A DNA stretch of 61,024 nt, counting the filler, from an uncultured bacterium (GTDB lineage: Bacteria; CAYJOG01): the NCBI GenBank assembly GCA_964371695.1. It is 5 parts of 5 records of this genome, joined end to end, with 100 filler letters (N's around TTAATTAATTAA, not from the genome) between each part and the next. Parts side by side here need not be neighbours in the genome. Positions count along the whole stretch, not along the records: positions 1 to 12,449 come from CAYJOG010000037.1; 4 more parts are not named here. One strand, 5' to 3'. The position numbers and the translations under genes were made by a program. This document shows positions 1 through 9,880 of the stretch, piece by piece. The notes below the pieces were generated by a model. It was not told where the DNA came from. It did not search any database and saw only the letters and a list, made by a program, of their open reading frames with translations. How positions within the stretch are numbered: the stretch's first letter is position 1; every line of letters starts with the position of its first letter.

Positions 1-26
1 AGAACTGGTTTTTGCTTTTTGTCCTT

Positions 27-55
27 ACTGGATTCCCGCTTTCGCGGGAATGACG
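27..55 (+). repeat. CGTC-type REP / dRS3-like palindrome (ACTGGATTCCCGCTTTCGCGGGAATGACG)
   Basis: ATTCCC-N8-GGGAAT core. Copies at 17426-17454, 18321-18349 and 38121-38149 (reverse), partial at 45586. Confidence 0.85.
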
Positions 56-86
56 CCAGCGCGGCGGTTCTTCAGACGCGTCCTTT

Positions 87-668
87 TTACTGCCGGATAT
101 CAATCCGGTTTTCCAGCAGCAGGCGGTCTACATAGGCATAGGTGGCCACCATGTGGGCAAACCAGCCCCGCTCAAAACCTTCCTGCTCGCTGCGCAGTTT
201 CACGAACTCCTGATACTGATAGTCCAGGTCTTTGGCCAGCCACGCCAAGATCATGCGGTCCAGGCCGGTGCGGGCCGTGATGAATCGCTCGTGAATGGCC
301 TGGGCCGTGGCCAGATCGTAATGGTCGTGGTCGCTCACGTTCAGTTCCAGCAGCAGCTTGCGGGTGGTGGTGGTCTCGGCCAGCAGTTCCCGCAGGTTTT
401 GCAGCACCTCAATGCGCTGGCGGCTGTCGAGCTGGTTGAACGACGCCTGACGCAGCAGGTTGCCCTCAATCAGTTCCAGCGTGCGCTCCACGCGGTCCAG
501 AAACCCCACGTATTCCATGAGGTATTTGTAAACCTCGGCGGGTTGCAGACGGTTTTTGCTGTGATGCAGCGGGTGATAGTCATAGGTGCCGCTGGGAATC
601 GCCTTGGCGCTGGCCGAAAACAACATCGTCATCGCACAACACAGCAAAAGGCATTTGAACACACGCAT
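87..668 (-). CDS. Hypothetical secreted helical protein
   Basis: 193-aa ORF with Sec-like signal (..SASAKA) and natural composition, co-oriented with the upstream radical SAM gene. Confidence 0.7.
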   Translation of the reverse strand: MRVFKCLLLCCAMTMLFSASAKAIPSGTYDYHPLHHSKNRLQPAEVYKYLMEYVGFLDRVERTLELIEGNLLRQASFNQLDSRQRIEVLQNLRELLAETTTTRKLLLELNVSDHDHYDLATAQAIHERFITARTGLDRMILAWLAKDLDYQYQEFVKLRSEQEGFERGWFAHMVATYAYVDRLLLENRIDIRQ

Positions 669-722
669 GGGACACCTCAGAGGTTTTTTTCATTCTACAT
701 CAAGCCCGCCGCCAAAAAACAG

Positions 723-2015
723 TCACAACAATCCCGCCTGCCTCAGCCACAGACCGGCGGTTTTCACCGCCACGGCCGGGCGGCCATAAAACCGCCGCAC
801 GGCGTGTTGTTGCAGGCGGACGGCAGCGGGATCTGCCCCTGCCCCGCCCCGGCTGGCGTCGCGAGAGGCCGCCTCCCCCACCTCGGCCCCCGTGTTGTGG
901 CGGGGGGTGTAGACATTAAAAGAGGCATAGGTCAGGGGCAGAGACAAGGCCCAGACCACGGTTTCTTCCATGCTGACCGCCGTCTGGCCCGGCAGCCCCA
1001 ACACAAAATGCCCCCCCACCTTCAGCCCCAGGGCGGCGGCCTGTTTCACCCGCTGGTCCATGGTGTCCCGGTTCTGGGGGCGGTGAACCTCTTTCAGGTC
1101 GCCCACATCCACCGCCTCCAGCCCCACTTGAATCCCCCGGCAGCCGGTTTCTTTCATCTTGGCCAGCAGGTCCATTTCAAAAGAATCCAGTCGCACCCAG
1201 GCGGCCCAGGGCCAGCGCACACCCCGTTTGAGCCAGCCCCGCAGCAGCGCGTCTGCGAAGTGCGGGTCTGCACCAAAACTCATGTCCTTCATATACAGCC
1301 GCTTTGCCCCGGCGTGGCGCAGTTGGTCAGACTCTTCCAGAACGTCCTCAAGGGTGCGTCGGGCAAACCCCAGGCTGTGAAAACCGGAGTTGCAATAGGC
1401 GCAGTGATGGGGGCAGCCATAGGCCATGAGCAGCGTGCCCATGGCCCCCCGCCCCAAAAAAGGATGGCGATAGGGTTGCGTCAAAAACAGGTCATGGCGC
1501 GGCAGGGGAAAACGCACGCCGCCAGTGCGCCGCACGGCGGGGGTAGCCGTCCCCTGCCCTTTGGCCACCAGCGCGCCACCGTGCGCTTCACCCGTGAGCC
1601 ATTTCGCCAAATCAGGACTGGTGAAATCTCCCAGCACAGCGTCCACGTGGTCAAATTGCTCAAACGCGGTCGCGTCCCAAGCCATGGCGGGTTCGCCCCC
1701 CACCACCAGTTTCGCGCCGGAGAGGTTTTTGGCCACCTGTAAAAAAGCCATATCCTGATGAAATCCGGGTGTGGCCGTGAGGGCATAAATCACGTCAGGC
1801 CGGGCCTGGGCGATTTCGTGCAGGGCGGCTTTTTCGCTCAAACCCCTGGCGGCGGCGTCAACCAGAGACACCCCACACCCCGCCTCGTGCAAAAAACCGC
1901 TCTGGACAATGAGGTCAATGGGCGGCCAGAAGTAGCCTCCCTTGCTGGTGGTGCCGCAGAAATAATCCCTTAAAACCGGCTTGGGAAACGGGGGATTGAG
2001 CAGCAGGACACGCAC
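723..2015 (-). CDS. B12-binding radical SAM protein
   Basis: N-terminal MRVLLLNPP..WPPIDL cobalamin-binding-type domain, CPHHCAYC cluster motif, GLE and FVLGLPGQT motifs. Confidence 0.9.
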   Translation of the reverse strand: MRVLLLNPPFPKPVLRDYFCGTTSKGGYFWPPIDLIVQSGFLHEAGCGVSLVDAAARGLSEKAALHEIAQARPDVIYALTATPGFHQDMAFLQVAKNLSGAKLVVGGEPAMAWDATAFEQFDHVDAVLGDFTSPDLAKWLTGEAHGGALVAKGQGTATPAVRRTGGVRFPLPRHDLFLTQPYRHPFLGRGAMGTLLMAYGCPHHCAYCNSGFHSLGFARRTLEDVLEESDQLRHAGAKRLYMKDMSFGADPHFADALLRGWLKRGVRWPWAAWVRLDSFEMDLLAKMKETGCRGIQVGLEAVDVGDLKEVHRPQNRDTMDQRVKQAAALGLKVGGHFVLGLPGQTAVSMEETVVWALSLPLTYASFNVYTPRHNTGAEVGEAASRDASRGGAGADPAAVRLQQHAVRRFYGRPAVAVKTAGLWLRQAGLL

Positions 2016-2422
2016 GGCAAAAGCCTATCGCGGCCCATGTCAATGCCCAAATATACGCTTCTATTGTCTGGAATATAGACGAGGAACCGTGTGGGGTAAC
2101 CGGCAGAGGAAACCAGCCCTGCTTATATTTTCTGGTTTGCCGGTTTCATCCGTGAAACCTTGCAAACAACGCCGCACGGGCCAGCCCACCGCTGCTATCC
2201 GTTTACGCACGATGCTTTTTTGACCAACCGCAGCCCTTTGGATGATCGCCGACCACTCTGGCCCGGCGGCGGAAACGGCCATCCCTGGCCTCTGGCCACG
2301 GGAGCCGCCAATCTTGTTGTGTGTCTACACTTACTGTGCGATGTGCCAAAAATGCCCACATCTTGGGTTTTTTCTGAAAAACAGGTCACATAACCTGAGC
2401 CAGGCGGAAAGTACGTTCTGAC

Positions 2423-2896
2423 ATGCTCTGTCCTTTTTGCGGCCACGACGACCTGAAGGTGATGGACACCCGCACCATTCCGGGGGGCGGGGGCATCCGC
2501 CGACGCCGGGAATGCCTGAACCCCGCCTGCGGGGCGCGGTTCACCTCGATTGAAACGGTGGAGTCCGACAAACTGACGGTGCTCAAAAAAAACCTGAGCC
2601 GCGAGCCTTTCGACAAAACAAAAATCATTCAGGGCATGACCCGCGCCCTCGAAAAACGCTCCGTTTCCACCGAGTGCATCGAAAACGCCGCCATGCAGAT
2701 TGAGCAGAAGTTCCGCCGCAGCGGAAGGCGTGAGATTCCCGTGAGCGACATTGGCGAGGCGGTGCTGGAGACGTTGTACGACCTGGATCAGGTGGGTTAT
2801 GTGCGTTTTGCCTCGGTTTACCGCGAGTTCAAGGACCTGGGCGAGTTCATGCGGGAACTGAAAACCCTTGTGCAATTGCAGCAGGCCAGGACATGA
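2423..2896 (+). CDS. nrdR: Transcriptional repressor NrdR
   Basis: MLCPFCG..IRRRREC..C..RFTS zinc ribbon, ATP-cone, YVRFASVYREF. Confidence 0.97.
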   Translation: MLCPFCGHDDLKVMDTRTIPGGGGIRRRRECLNPACGARFTSIETVESDKLTVLKKNLSREPFDKTKIIQGMTRALEKRSVSTECIENAAMQIEQKFRRSGRREIPVSDIGEAVLETLYDLDQVGYVRFASVYREFKDLGEFMRELKTLVQLQQART

Positions 2897-2897
2897 C

Positions 2898-4625
2898 GTG
2901 ACCCCCCTGTCCCCCAAGGCGGTCACACCCCGGCGCGGCGCTCCCAGGCGTTCGTCTCTGGGGCGGCGACTCACCCGCTGGGCAAGGCGGCGGGCCGAAG
3001 TGCTTTTTTCGGCCTCTTTGCAAAAACAGATCTTGTTGTTGTTGGGGGCCACGCTGGGCCTCAGCGCCCTTTATCCGCTGGTGCTGCACGGCCTGGGGCT
3101 TTTGCCCATGGTGTCGTGGCATGGGTTGGGACTGCTGGTGGGTTTGTGTACCGCCTATGGCGCGCTGGCGTTGGGCCTGCCAGAGATGGCCCGGCGGCTT
3201 GCGCCCGCCACGGCGCTGTGGCTGGCCTGCGTGATGGGACTGCTGGCGGGCATGGACCCCCTGGCCTGGCGGCTGCCCCTGTGGGTGGGGGTGGGCTGGA
3301 CCGTGTTTTTGTTGCCCCAACTGTTGCCCGGTGTATTTTTTGCGGCGGTGGCCCTGGCCACGTTCAGCGGCTGGTGGTTTTCTCCGGGAGAGCCGCTGCT
3401 GTCGCATCTGCTGGCCGAAACCGCTCTCAGCCTGCCGCTTCTGATGCTGGTTCCGTTTCGCCGCACCCTGCTGGTGGGTGTGAGCGGCAAACAGGAACGT
3501 GGCAAAAAGCTGGAGGAACTCACCGGCCTGGAGGCCATGAAATCGCAGATGAACGGCTACCGGGAATCCCTGCGTCTGGCCCAGGACGTGCAGGGCATGT
3601 ACCGCGTATTGCTGGACCAGTTGGACAGCCTGATCGGCAAAAAGGCCCCCAGCGAGGTGGGGCGGCGGCTTGTGCGCACGGCGGGACATTTTTTGTCTGC
3701 CGACGAGGTTTATCTTTTCATCCGTTATCCCGACATCACCCAGAAGGACATTGTTTTTCAGGGCTGGAAGCTGAGCGCCCAGGGGGGTGAAATCAGGGAT
3801 CAGGCCCTTTCCGAAGACTCCCCCCTGCGCTCGCTGCTGGAAAAACCCCTCACCCGTCAGGCCCACACCGACCCCGCCGCCGCCGGTCTGCCCCTGTGCC
3901 TTTTGCCCCACCGGCTGGTGCTGATTGAGCCCTTTCTGGCACAGGACACCGACCTGCGGGGCTTTTATGCCCTGGGCTGGCTGAAGGGGGCCAAGCCCCC
4001 GCCCCACGAACGCCAGATGCTTGCCCACTTGGCTGTGCTCACCGCCACCGCCCTGGAAAGCACCCTGCTGCGCGCGCGCCTGCTGGCCGAATCCCGCACC
4101 GACGCGCTCACCGGCCTGCTCAACCGCCGCGCTTTTGACGAAGTGACCCAGCGGGAAATGCGCCTGGGTCAGCGCACCGGCACACCGCTGGCGCTGTGCA
4201 TGGCCGATGTAGACCACTTCAAACGGGTGAACGACAGCCACGGCCACGCGGTGGGCGACATGGTGCTGAAAGAAGTGGGGGCGCTGTTGCTGCGCGAATT
4301 GCGGGGCACCGACATCGTGAGCCGTTTTGGCGGCGAGGAATTTGTCGCCGTGTTGCCCAGCACACCCGGCGAAACCGCCCGCGTGATGGCCGAGCGCCTG
4401 CGGGAGAAACTCTCGGAAATCCCCTTCGTCAACGATCAGGGCGAAACCTTTTATGTCACCGCCAGTTTTGGCGTGGCCCCGCGGGAACCCCATCAGTCTC
4501 TGGAGCAGTGGCTGGCGGCGGCGGATGGCGCGCTTTATGCCGCCAAACAGGCTGGGCGCAACAAGGTGTTGTGCGCGCCGCCCCCCCAGGAGGCAGCCCC
4601 CGAAAGCGAACAACACACGGCGTGA
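2898..4625 (+). CDS. Membrane-anchored diguanylate cyclase (TM - GAF-like - GGDEF)
   Basis: Hydrophobic N-terminus, TDALTGLLNRR, DVDHFKRVND, RxxD I-site (RGTD), GGEEF. GTG start just after the nrdR stop (start uncertain). Confidence 0.9.
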   Translation: MTPLSPKAVTPRRGAPRRSSLGRRLTRWARRRAEVLFSASLQKQILLLLGATLGLSALYPLVLHGLGLLPMVSWHGLGLLVGLCTAYGALALGLPEMARRLAPATALWLACVMGLLAGMDPLAWRLPLWVGVGWTVFLLPQLLPGVFFAAVALATFSGWWFSPGEPLLSHLLAETALSLPLLMLVPFRRTLLVGVSGKQERGKKLEELTGLEAMKSQMNGYRESLRLAQDVQGMYRVLLDQLDSLIGKKAPSEVGRRLVRTAGHFLSADEVYLFIRYPDITQKDIVFQGWKLSAQGGEIRDQALSEDSPLRSLLEKPLTRQAHTDPAAAGLPLCLLPHRLVLIEPFLAQDTDLRGFYALGWLKGAKPPPHERQMLAHLAVLTATALESTLLRARLLAESRTDALTGLLNRRAFDEVTQREMRLGQRTGTPLALCMADVDHFKRVNDSHGHAVGDMVLKEVGALLLRELRGTDIVSRFGGEEFVAVLPSTPGETARVMAERLREKLSEIPFVNDQGETFYVTASFGVAPREPHQSLEQWLAAADGALYAAKQAGRNKVLCAPPPQEAAPESEQHTA

Positions 4626-4708
4626 GGCCCCCTCCGATTGGGGACGAACACTTGTCTGGTGTCGTCTTCCTTATGGAGAAAATACTGAAATTACATGGGA
4701 TTTTTCAC

Positions 4709-4905
4709 GTAGCCCCGGCGTGCTATCGCCTTCTCGCGGCTGGGTGCCCCAATGGGCACCCAGAAAGACTCCGCTCGAACTGCCGGGAGTATCAACCGCG
4801 CCGGAGGCGCGCACTTCGCAGCTTTTTTGCTTTATTTCCCTAAAAAACATCTGTTTTGTGCCGCCTTCGGCGGTTTTCAATCTCCCGGCGAGACGCCGGG
4901 GCTAC
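4709..4905. mobile_element. GTAG-REP doublet (REPIN/MITE-like), copy 1
   Basis: Terminal IR GTAGCCCCGGCG...CGCCGGGGCTAC and inner IR GCCGGGAG...CTCCCGGC. Homologous copy at 46983-47179. Confidence 0.8.
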
Positions 4906-4920
4906 AGGTAACCTACTGCA

Positions 4921-5370
4921 ATGGACTTCATGTCTCCCCAACCACCCCACGATCATTTCCTGAAACTGGACCCGGCGCTCATTGTGGCCTCCTCAGCTCA
5001 TTGCCATGCCGCATTTGACCCGAAGGAATCCATCAAGCCGGGGCATCTGGTGGTTTTTCCCAAGGCATACCGGGAGGGGTTCACCGGCCTGGAGGCAGAG
5101 GAAGCCAGCGACCTGTTTGCGCTGGCCCACCGTGTGGCCAGCGCCGCCTTGCCGCTGGTGGGGGCCGAGAAGTATTACCTGCTGGCGGTGGGTGACGCGG
5201 TGAAACATTTTCATCTGCATCTCTTGCCAAAAAAACCCGGCGAGGCTGGCCTTGGCCCCTTTGCCATGGGTGAGGCGGGGTGGCGGGGACAGGTGGGTAA
5301 ACCTCTTTCTGAACAGGACGTGTCGGGTTTTCCGGTGTTGCTCAAACAGGCGCTGGAAGCCGGTCAATAA
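4921..5370 (+). CDS. HIT family nucleotide hydrolase
   Basis: PGHLVVFPK and the HFHLHLL histidine triad. Confidence 0.88.
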   Translation: MDFMSPQPPHDHFLKLDPALIVASSAHCHAAFDPKESIKPGHLVVFPKAYREGFTGLEAEEASDLFALAHRVASAALPLVGAEKYYLLAVGDAVKHFHLHLLPKKPGEAGLGPFAMGEAGWRGQVGKPLSEQDVSGFPVLLKQALEAGQ

Positions 5371-5383
5371 ACAGGATTTGGCC

Positions 5384-5752
5384 ATGTTCTGGTCCATGAC
5401 CGCCGCGCTGTTCTGGATACTCGCACCGCTTCCGGCGAGGCCCCTCGCACCGGGGCTGGAATGCGCCAATGCCCTGAAGGGCGTGCGTCTGCTTCAGGAG
5501 GTCCACTTTCAGCGTCAGGGCCATTTCGCACCCTCAGCAGGTGACCTGCAAAAGGCTTTGGGAATCAGGACTTTTCCGGCGGGTCTTGCCCATTGCAGTG
5601 AGTGGCGGTTGTTGCCCCAGCGCACGGAATGGATTGTGCTGGCGCGTGCGCGGGAATGGGGTGAGGAACCCTGTCTCATTCGCCTGCATCCCGCCGGGGA
5701 ACCTGAATTTGAAGGAGCGTGTCCCCTCACTTTTGCCATCCAACGGCCGTAA
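5384..5752 (+). CDS. Hypothetical exported protein, possibly pilin-head-like
   Basis: Signal-like N-terminus, helix LKGVRLLQEVHFQRQGHF, four Cys. Confidence 0.45.
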   Translation: MFWSMTAALFWILAPLPARPLAPGLECANALKGVRLLQEVHFQRQGHFAPSAGDLQKALGIRTFPAGLAHCSEWRLLPQRTEWIVLARAREWGEEPCLIRLHPAGEPEFEGACPLTFAIQRP

Positions 5753-5755
5753 AAA

Positions 5756-6244
5756 TCAGCCAAACGTGACAAACAGGATTTGTGTGAACAGGTACCCCTG
5801 CGTGGCCAGAAATTCATTGACCGTGCGGGTGGCCACTTCGTCTGCCAAGTCTTTGGGATAACCATAAACACCGGTGCTGATGGCGGGGAAAGCCACGGAC
5901 TCAAGCTGGTGCGCCGCCGCCACCATCAGGCTGTGGCGATAGGCATTGGCCAGCAGGCGGGGTTCGCCCTGGTCGCCGCCCCGCCACACGGGGCCAACGG
6001 TGTGGATGACATATCGGGCGGGCAGGTTGAAACCCGGCGTGATGACCGCTTCGCCGGTGGCCAGGCCATCGGGAAAAAGGGTGTACCGGATTTCCTGGCA
6101 GGCTTTCAGCAACGCTGGCCCTGCCTTGCGGTGGATGGCCCCATCCACGCCCCCACCGCCCAGCAGAGAGGAATTGGCTGCGTTCACAATGGCGTCCGCA
6201 GCCAGGGACGTGATGTCGCCGGTGATGCGTGTGATGCTCAACAT
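5756..6244 (-). CDS. Macro domain O-acetyl-ADP-ribose deacetylase (YmdB-like)
   Basis: [48 protein letters not shown] overlaps the trmD stop (TGATG). Confidence 0.93.
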   Translation of the reverse strand: MLSITRITGDITSLAADAIVNAANSSLLGGGGVDGAIHRKAGPALLKACQEIRYTLFPDGLATGEAVITPGFNLPARYVIHTVGPVWRGGDQGEPRLLANAYRHSLMVAAAHQLESVAFPAISTGVYGYPKDLADEVATRTVNEFLATQGYLFTQILFVTFG

Positions 6245-6918
6245 CAACCATCCCCCAGAGTCGCCCAGGCGCGGGGCGCGCTGGAGCGTTTTTCGGACTC
6301 CTCTTGCCGCCATTGTTCGATGAGTTTGTGATGGCCTTCCAGCAACACCGGGGGCACTTCGTGACCCTCCCACTCACGGGGGCGCGTGTATTGGGGAAAC
6401 TTGAGTGCGCCGCTGCTGAAGGTGTCCCGCGAAACCGAAAGCGGATTGCCCACCACACCGGGCAGCAGTCGCGCCACGGTCTCTATCACCGCCAGCGCCG
6501 CCAGTTCTCCGCCGCTCAACACATAGGGGCCAAGGCTCAACTCCCGGTCCACCATCGTCTCCACAAACCGCTGGTCAAACCCTTCGTATCTTCCGCACAC
6601 CAGGGTAAGCCCCTCACACCGGCTCAGGTCTTCGGCGATTTCCTGCGTAAACGGCGTGCCCCCCGGCGACATGAGAATCACCGGATAAACCGGCGAAAGC
6701 GAGCGCAGGGCCGCCGCCAGCGGCTCTGCCTTGAGCACCATGCCCTCGCCGCCGCCATAGGGCACGTCATCCACCGTGTGGTGGCGGTCGGTGGCAAAGT
6801 CGCGGAAGTTCACCACATTCACACGCAGTCGTTCCTGTTCCACCGCCCGCCCCAGAATGCTGTCTGACAAATAAGGAGCCACCAGCCCCGGAAACAGCGT
6901 GAGCACGTTAAAGCGCAT
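6244..6918 (-). CDS. trmD: tRNA (guanine-N1)-methyltransferase
   Basis: [35 protein letters not shown] motifs. Confidence 0.97.
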   Translation of the reverse strand: MRFNVLTLFPGLVAPYLSDSILGRAVEQERLRVNVVNFRDFATDRHHTVDDVPYGGGEGMVLKAEPLAAALRSLSPVYPVILMSPGGTPFTQEIAEDLSRCEGLTLVCGRYEGFDQRFVETMVDRELSLGPYVLSGGELAALAVIETVARLLPGVVGNPLSVSRDTFSSGALKFPQYTRPREWEGHEVPPVLLEGHHKLIEQWRQEESEKRSSAPRAWATLGDG

Positions 6919-7456
6919 GAAACCATTCCTCGTCGGCCACCAGCAGCACGCCGCCTTGTGGAAAACGGCTGACGAAACAAGGCTCCACCACAGGCACCAG
7001 CACCTTTTCACCGTTTTCCTTTTCCACTTCCAGTATGGGATGGGCGGGGTTTTCCAGCAGGCCCAGCGCCTTGCCCAGTTGCTCGCCAGACTGGTTTTTC
7101 AGCACCGTGTCCAGCAACGTTTCATACCAGTCGTCCAGATAACACTCTCCCGCTCCCAGGGGCGGCAGGGCTTCTTCGACCACCAGAATCAAAGCCCCCT
7201 TGGCCACCTCGGCCTGTTCGCGTTTATTCAGACCCACCAGCCGCACCGTGAGATGTTTGCCCGTGGCCTGCCAACTGTCCACGGTCAGGCATTGTGCGGC
7301 CTCGCCTGTTTTCAGCCACACTTCTTTCAGTGACAACCACCACGCAGGGGGATGCTCGCTGAAAGGTTTCAGCCGCAGGCCGCCCCTCAGGCCATGGGCG
7401 CCGGTTACAACAGCCACGGCGCGCAGCGCGGGACTGGAATCAGGCTGCTGTGACAT
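6908..7456 (-). CDS. rimM: 16S rRNA processing protein RimM
   Basis: GAHGLRG N-terminus, PRC-barrel C-terminus (VLVPVV), position between khpA and trmD. Confidence 0.9.
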   Translation of the reverse strand: MSQQPDSSPALRAVAVVTGAHGLRGGLRLKPFSEHPPAWWLSLKEVWLKTGEAAQCLTVDSWQATGKHLTVRLVGLNKREQAEVAKGALILVVEEALPPLGAGECYLDDWYETLLDTVLKNQSGEQLGKALGLLENPAHPILEVEKENGEKVLVPVVEPCFVSRFPQGGVLLVADEEWFHAL

Positions 7457-7494
7457 GACGCCCCGGCATTTTCCACTGGCCCCGCCGAAAAAGC

Positions 7495-7782
7495 TCAGTC
7501 GCCCAGGGGGCCGTCAAAAGCAGCGTAATTGCCGTTCTCACCGCCGCCTTCTTCCACCAGTTCCACGTGGGCGCGGCGGCCATCGCGCTTGGCCACCGCA
7601 GCAGCGATGGCGCGGATGGAGTTGATGGTGCGGCCCTTACGGCCAATGACACGGCCCTTGTCCTCGTCGCCCACGGTCACCTGAAAAAGAAGGGTTTTGT
7701 CCCCCTCAATTTCTTCAACCTGAACGGCGTCTTTATCCACCACCAGTTCCCGAAGGATGTCACTGATTAATTCTTTCAACAT
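7495..7782 (-). CDS. khpA: KH-domain RNA-binding protein KhpA
   Basis: DKGRVIGRKGRTINSIR GxxG loop, directly after rpsP. Confidence 0.92.
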   Translation of the reverse strand: MLKELISDILRELVVDKDAVQVEEIEGDKTLLFQVTVGDEDKGRVIGRKGRTINSIRAIAAAVAKRDGRRAHVELVEEGGGENGNYAAFDGPLGD

Positions 7783-7839
7783 GGATTCAATGATGATTAT
7801 ACCCCGGTCCTTCGGCCAGGAAAAAAGGAAGGGCCGGAA

Positions 7840-8085
7840 CTATCCGAATACGCCTTTGCCGCGCAGGATGCGCCGGGCGGTTTCGGTGGCCTCGGCTCCC
7901 TGCCCCACCCAGTATTTGGCCCGTTCCAGGTCCACTTTCAGGGTTTCTTCCACACGGCGGGGATCGTAACCGCCCAGGATTTCGATGAAATCACCGTCGC
8001 GTTTGGCGCGGCTGTCCGCCACCACCAGTCGGTAGTGGGGGCGTTTTTTGCTGCCCATGCGGGTGAGTCTGATTTTTGTCGCCAT
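7840..8085 (-). CDS. rpsP: 30S ribosomal protein S16
   Basis: [29 protein letters not shown]. Confidence 0.98.
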   Translation of the reverse strand: MATKIRLTRMGSKKRPHYRLVVADSRAKRDGDFIEILGGYDPRRVEETLKVDLERAKYWVGQGAEATETARRILRGKGVFG

Positions 8086-8140
8086 AGTTCGTCGCTCCTT
8101 AAAGGCCAAGTATTGAACCACGGGCAGGGCAGCAGGTCAA

Positions 8141-8291
8141 GCAGGGTGTTGATAAACACCCTGAAAAATCCATGGATGGATTTTTCGCTTATTAGGGTTT
8201 GAAAAACCCCAATAAAAGCGCCGTTTTGCGATGGCTTTGCCTGAGCAAAACGGGTTGAGAAAGGCCAGGAGGGACTTTCTCAACAACCTGC
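8141..8291 (+). mobile_element. MITE-like multi-hairpin repeat with GGA loops (ffh-flanking copy 1)
   Basis: Imperfect terminal [14 protein letters not shown]...TCAACAACCTGC and about five internal hairpins. Direct-repeat copy at 9681-9830. Confidence 0.75.
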
Positions 8292-8299
8292 AAGAGAGG

Positions 8300-9661
8300 T
8301 TATTTTCCCTTTTTGCGCTTCTTTTTTTTCAGTTTTTGCTGCTCTTTGGTGCTGATGGCGGGCTTGGCTTTGCCTGCAAACTGTTGAATAAACCGTTTGC
8401 TGTCCTTGAACTGTTTGAGCAGCAGGTTGATGTCCTGCACCTGTGTGCCGCTGCCCTTGGCAATGCGCAGGCGGCGTGAGGCGTTGAGCATGTCCGGGTT
8501 GCGGCGCTCTTTGGGGGTCATGCTCAGAATGATCGCCTCGGTGCGCTTGAGGTCTTTTTCCTGAATCTGGGGGATGCCGCCCTGCATCAGGCGCTCCACG
8601 CCGGGAATCATCTTGAGCAGGTTTTCCACCGGCCCCAGCTTGCGCATCTGGCGCATCTGATCCAGAAAGTCCTCCAGGTTGAAGTCGCTGGCCAGGGTGC
8701 GGTCCTGCATTTTCTGGACCGATTCCTCGTCCAGTTCCTCCTGCACCCGCTCCACCAGACTCACCACGTCGCCCATGCCCAGAATCCGCCCGGCCACGCG
8801 TTCGGGATAAAACGGCTCCAACTGGTCGAGTTTTTCGCCCACCCCCACAAACTTGATGGGCCGCGACACCATCTCGGCGATGGAAAGCGCCGCTCCGCCA
8901 CGGGTGTCGCCTTCCATTTTTGAGAGGATCACGCCGGTGAGGTCCAGGCGCTGGTTAAAGCTGGCAGCCACTTCCACGGCCTGCTGGCCCATCATGGCGT
9001 CTACCACCAGCAATATTTCCGTGGGGCTGGCCAGAGCCTTGAGGGCGGCCAGTTCCTCCATCAGCAGTTCATCGATCTGAAGCCGCCCGGCGGTGTCCAG
9101 CACCAGGGCGCTCAATCCTTTTTCCTTCGCCTCTTTCAGGGCGAGGGGCAAAATGTCCACAGGCTTCATCTCGGTGCCATAGGCCAGGCAGGTGACGCCC
9201 GCCTGCTCGGCCACCCGCTTGAGCTGGTCCACGGCGGCGGGGCGGTACACGTCCAGCGCCACCAGGGCGGGCTGGCGGCCCATTTTTTTGAGCTGGGTGG
9301 CCAGTTTGCCCGCCGTGGTGGTTTTGCCGCTGCCCTGCAACCCCACCAGCATGTAGATGCTCGGCCCGCCGGTGGCCACCTTCAGGGGGGCGTGCTGCTC
9401 ACCCAGCACCCGCACCAGTTCGTCGTGAATGATTTTCACGAACATCTGGTCGGGCGTGAGGGATCGGAGCACTTCCTGCCCCACGGCGGTTTCCCGCACG
9501 CGCTCCACAAACCCCTTCACCACTTTGACGTTGACATCGGCGTCCAGAAGGGCGATGCGAATCTCCCGCAACACCTCGGCCAGGGATTCCTCGGTGATGC
9601 GCCCGCCGCGCCCCAGGCGCTTGAACACGCCGCTTAACTTCTGACTCAGGCTTTCAAACAT
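8300..9661 (-). CDS. ffh: Signal recognition particle protein
   Basis: LLDADV, GLQGSGKTT, DTAGR, GDTRGGAALS, RILGMGD, Met-rich M domain. Confidence 0.98.
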   Translation of the reverse strand: MFESLSQKLSGVFKRLGRGGRITEESLAEVLREIRIALLDADVNVKVVKGFVERVRETAVGQEVLRSLTPDQMFVKIIHDELVRVLGEQHAPLKVATGGPSIYMLVGLQGSGKTTTAGKLATQLKKMGRQPALVALDVYRPAAVDQLKRVAEQAGVTCLAYGTEMKPVDILPLALKEAKEKGLSALVLDTAGRLQIDELLMEELAALKALASPTEILLVVDAMMGQQAVEVAASFNQRLDLTGVILSKMEGDTRGGAALSIAEMVSRPIKFVGVGEKLDQLEPFYPERVAGRILGMGDVVSLVERVQEELDEESVQKMQDRTLASDFNLEDFLDQMRQMRKLGPVENLLKMIPGVERLMQGGIPQIQEKDLKRTEAIILSMTPKERRNPDMLNASRRLRIAKGSGTQVQDINLLLKQFKDSKRFIQQFAGKAKPAISTKEQQKLKKKKRKKGK

Positions 9662-9680
9662 CGGGCCATTTTATGAATTG

Positions 9681-9830
9681 GCATGGTGTTGACAAACACC
9701 ATGAAAATCCATGGATGGATTTTGCCGCTTGCAGGGGTTTTGAAACCCCTGCAAAAGCGCCATTTTGCGAGAGCCTTGCTTGAGCAAAATGGGTTGAGAA
9801 AGTTCAGGAGGGACTTTCTCAATACCCTGC
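9681..9830 (+). mobile_element. MITE-like multi-hairpin repeat with GGA loops (ffh-flanking copy 2)
   Basis: Homologous to 8141-8291 with compensatory stem substitutions. Confidence 0.75.
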
Positions 9831-9880
9831 CAGAAAGACCCAAGCGAGGGATTGGATTTGTGCGATAAAATACTTGCCCC

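Noticed and set aside
2040-2420. c-di-GMP or cobalamin riboswitch, or NrdR box
   Set aside because: Only a GGCAAACC fragment is present, and the remaining consensus elements were not found by eye.
8141-9830. ffh-flanking structures as SRP RNA
   Set aside because: No SRP domain IV (CAGG..GGAA..AGCA) signature was recognised, and the unit is duplicated with terminal IRs.
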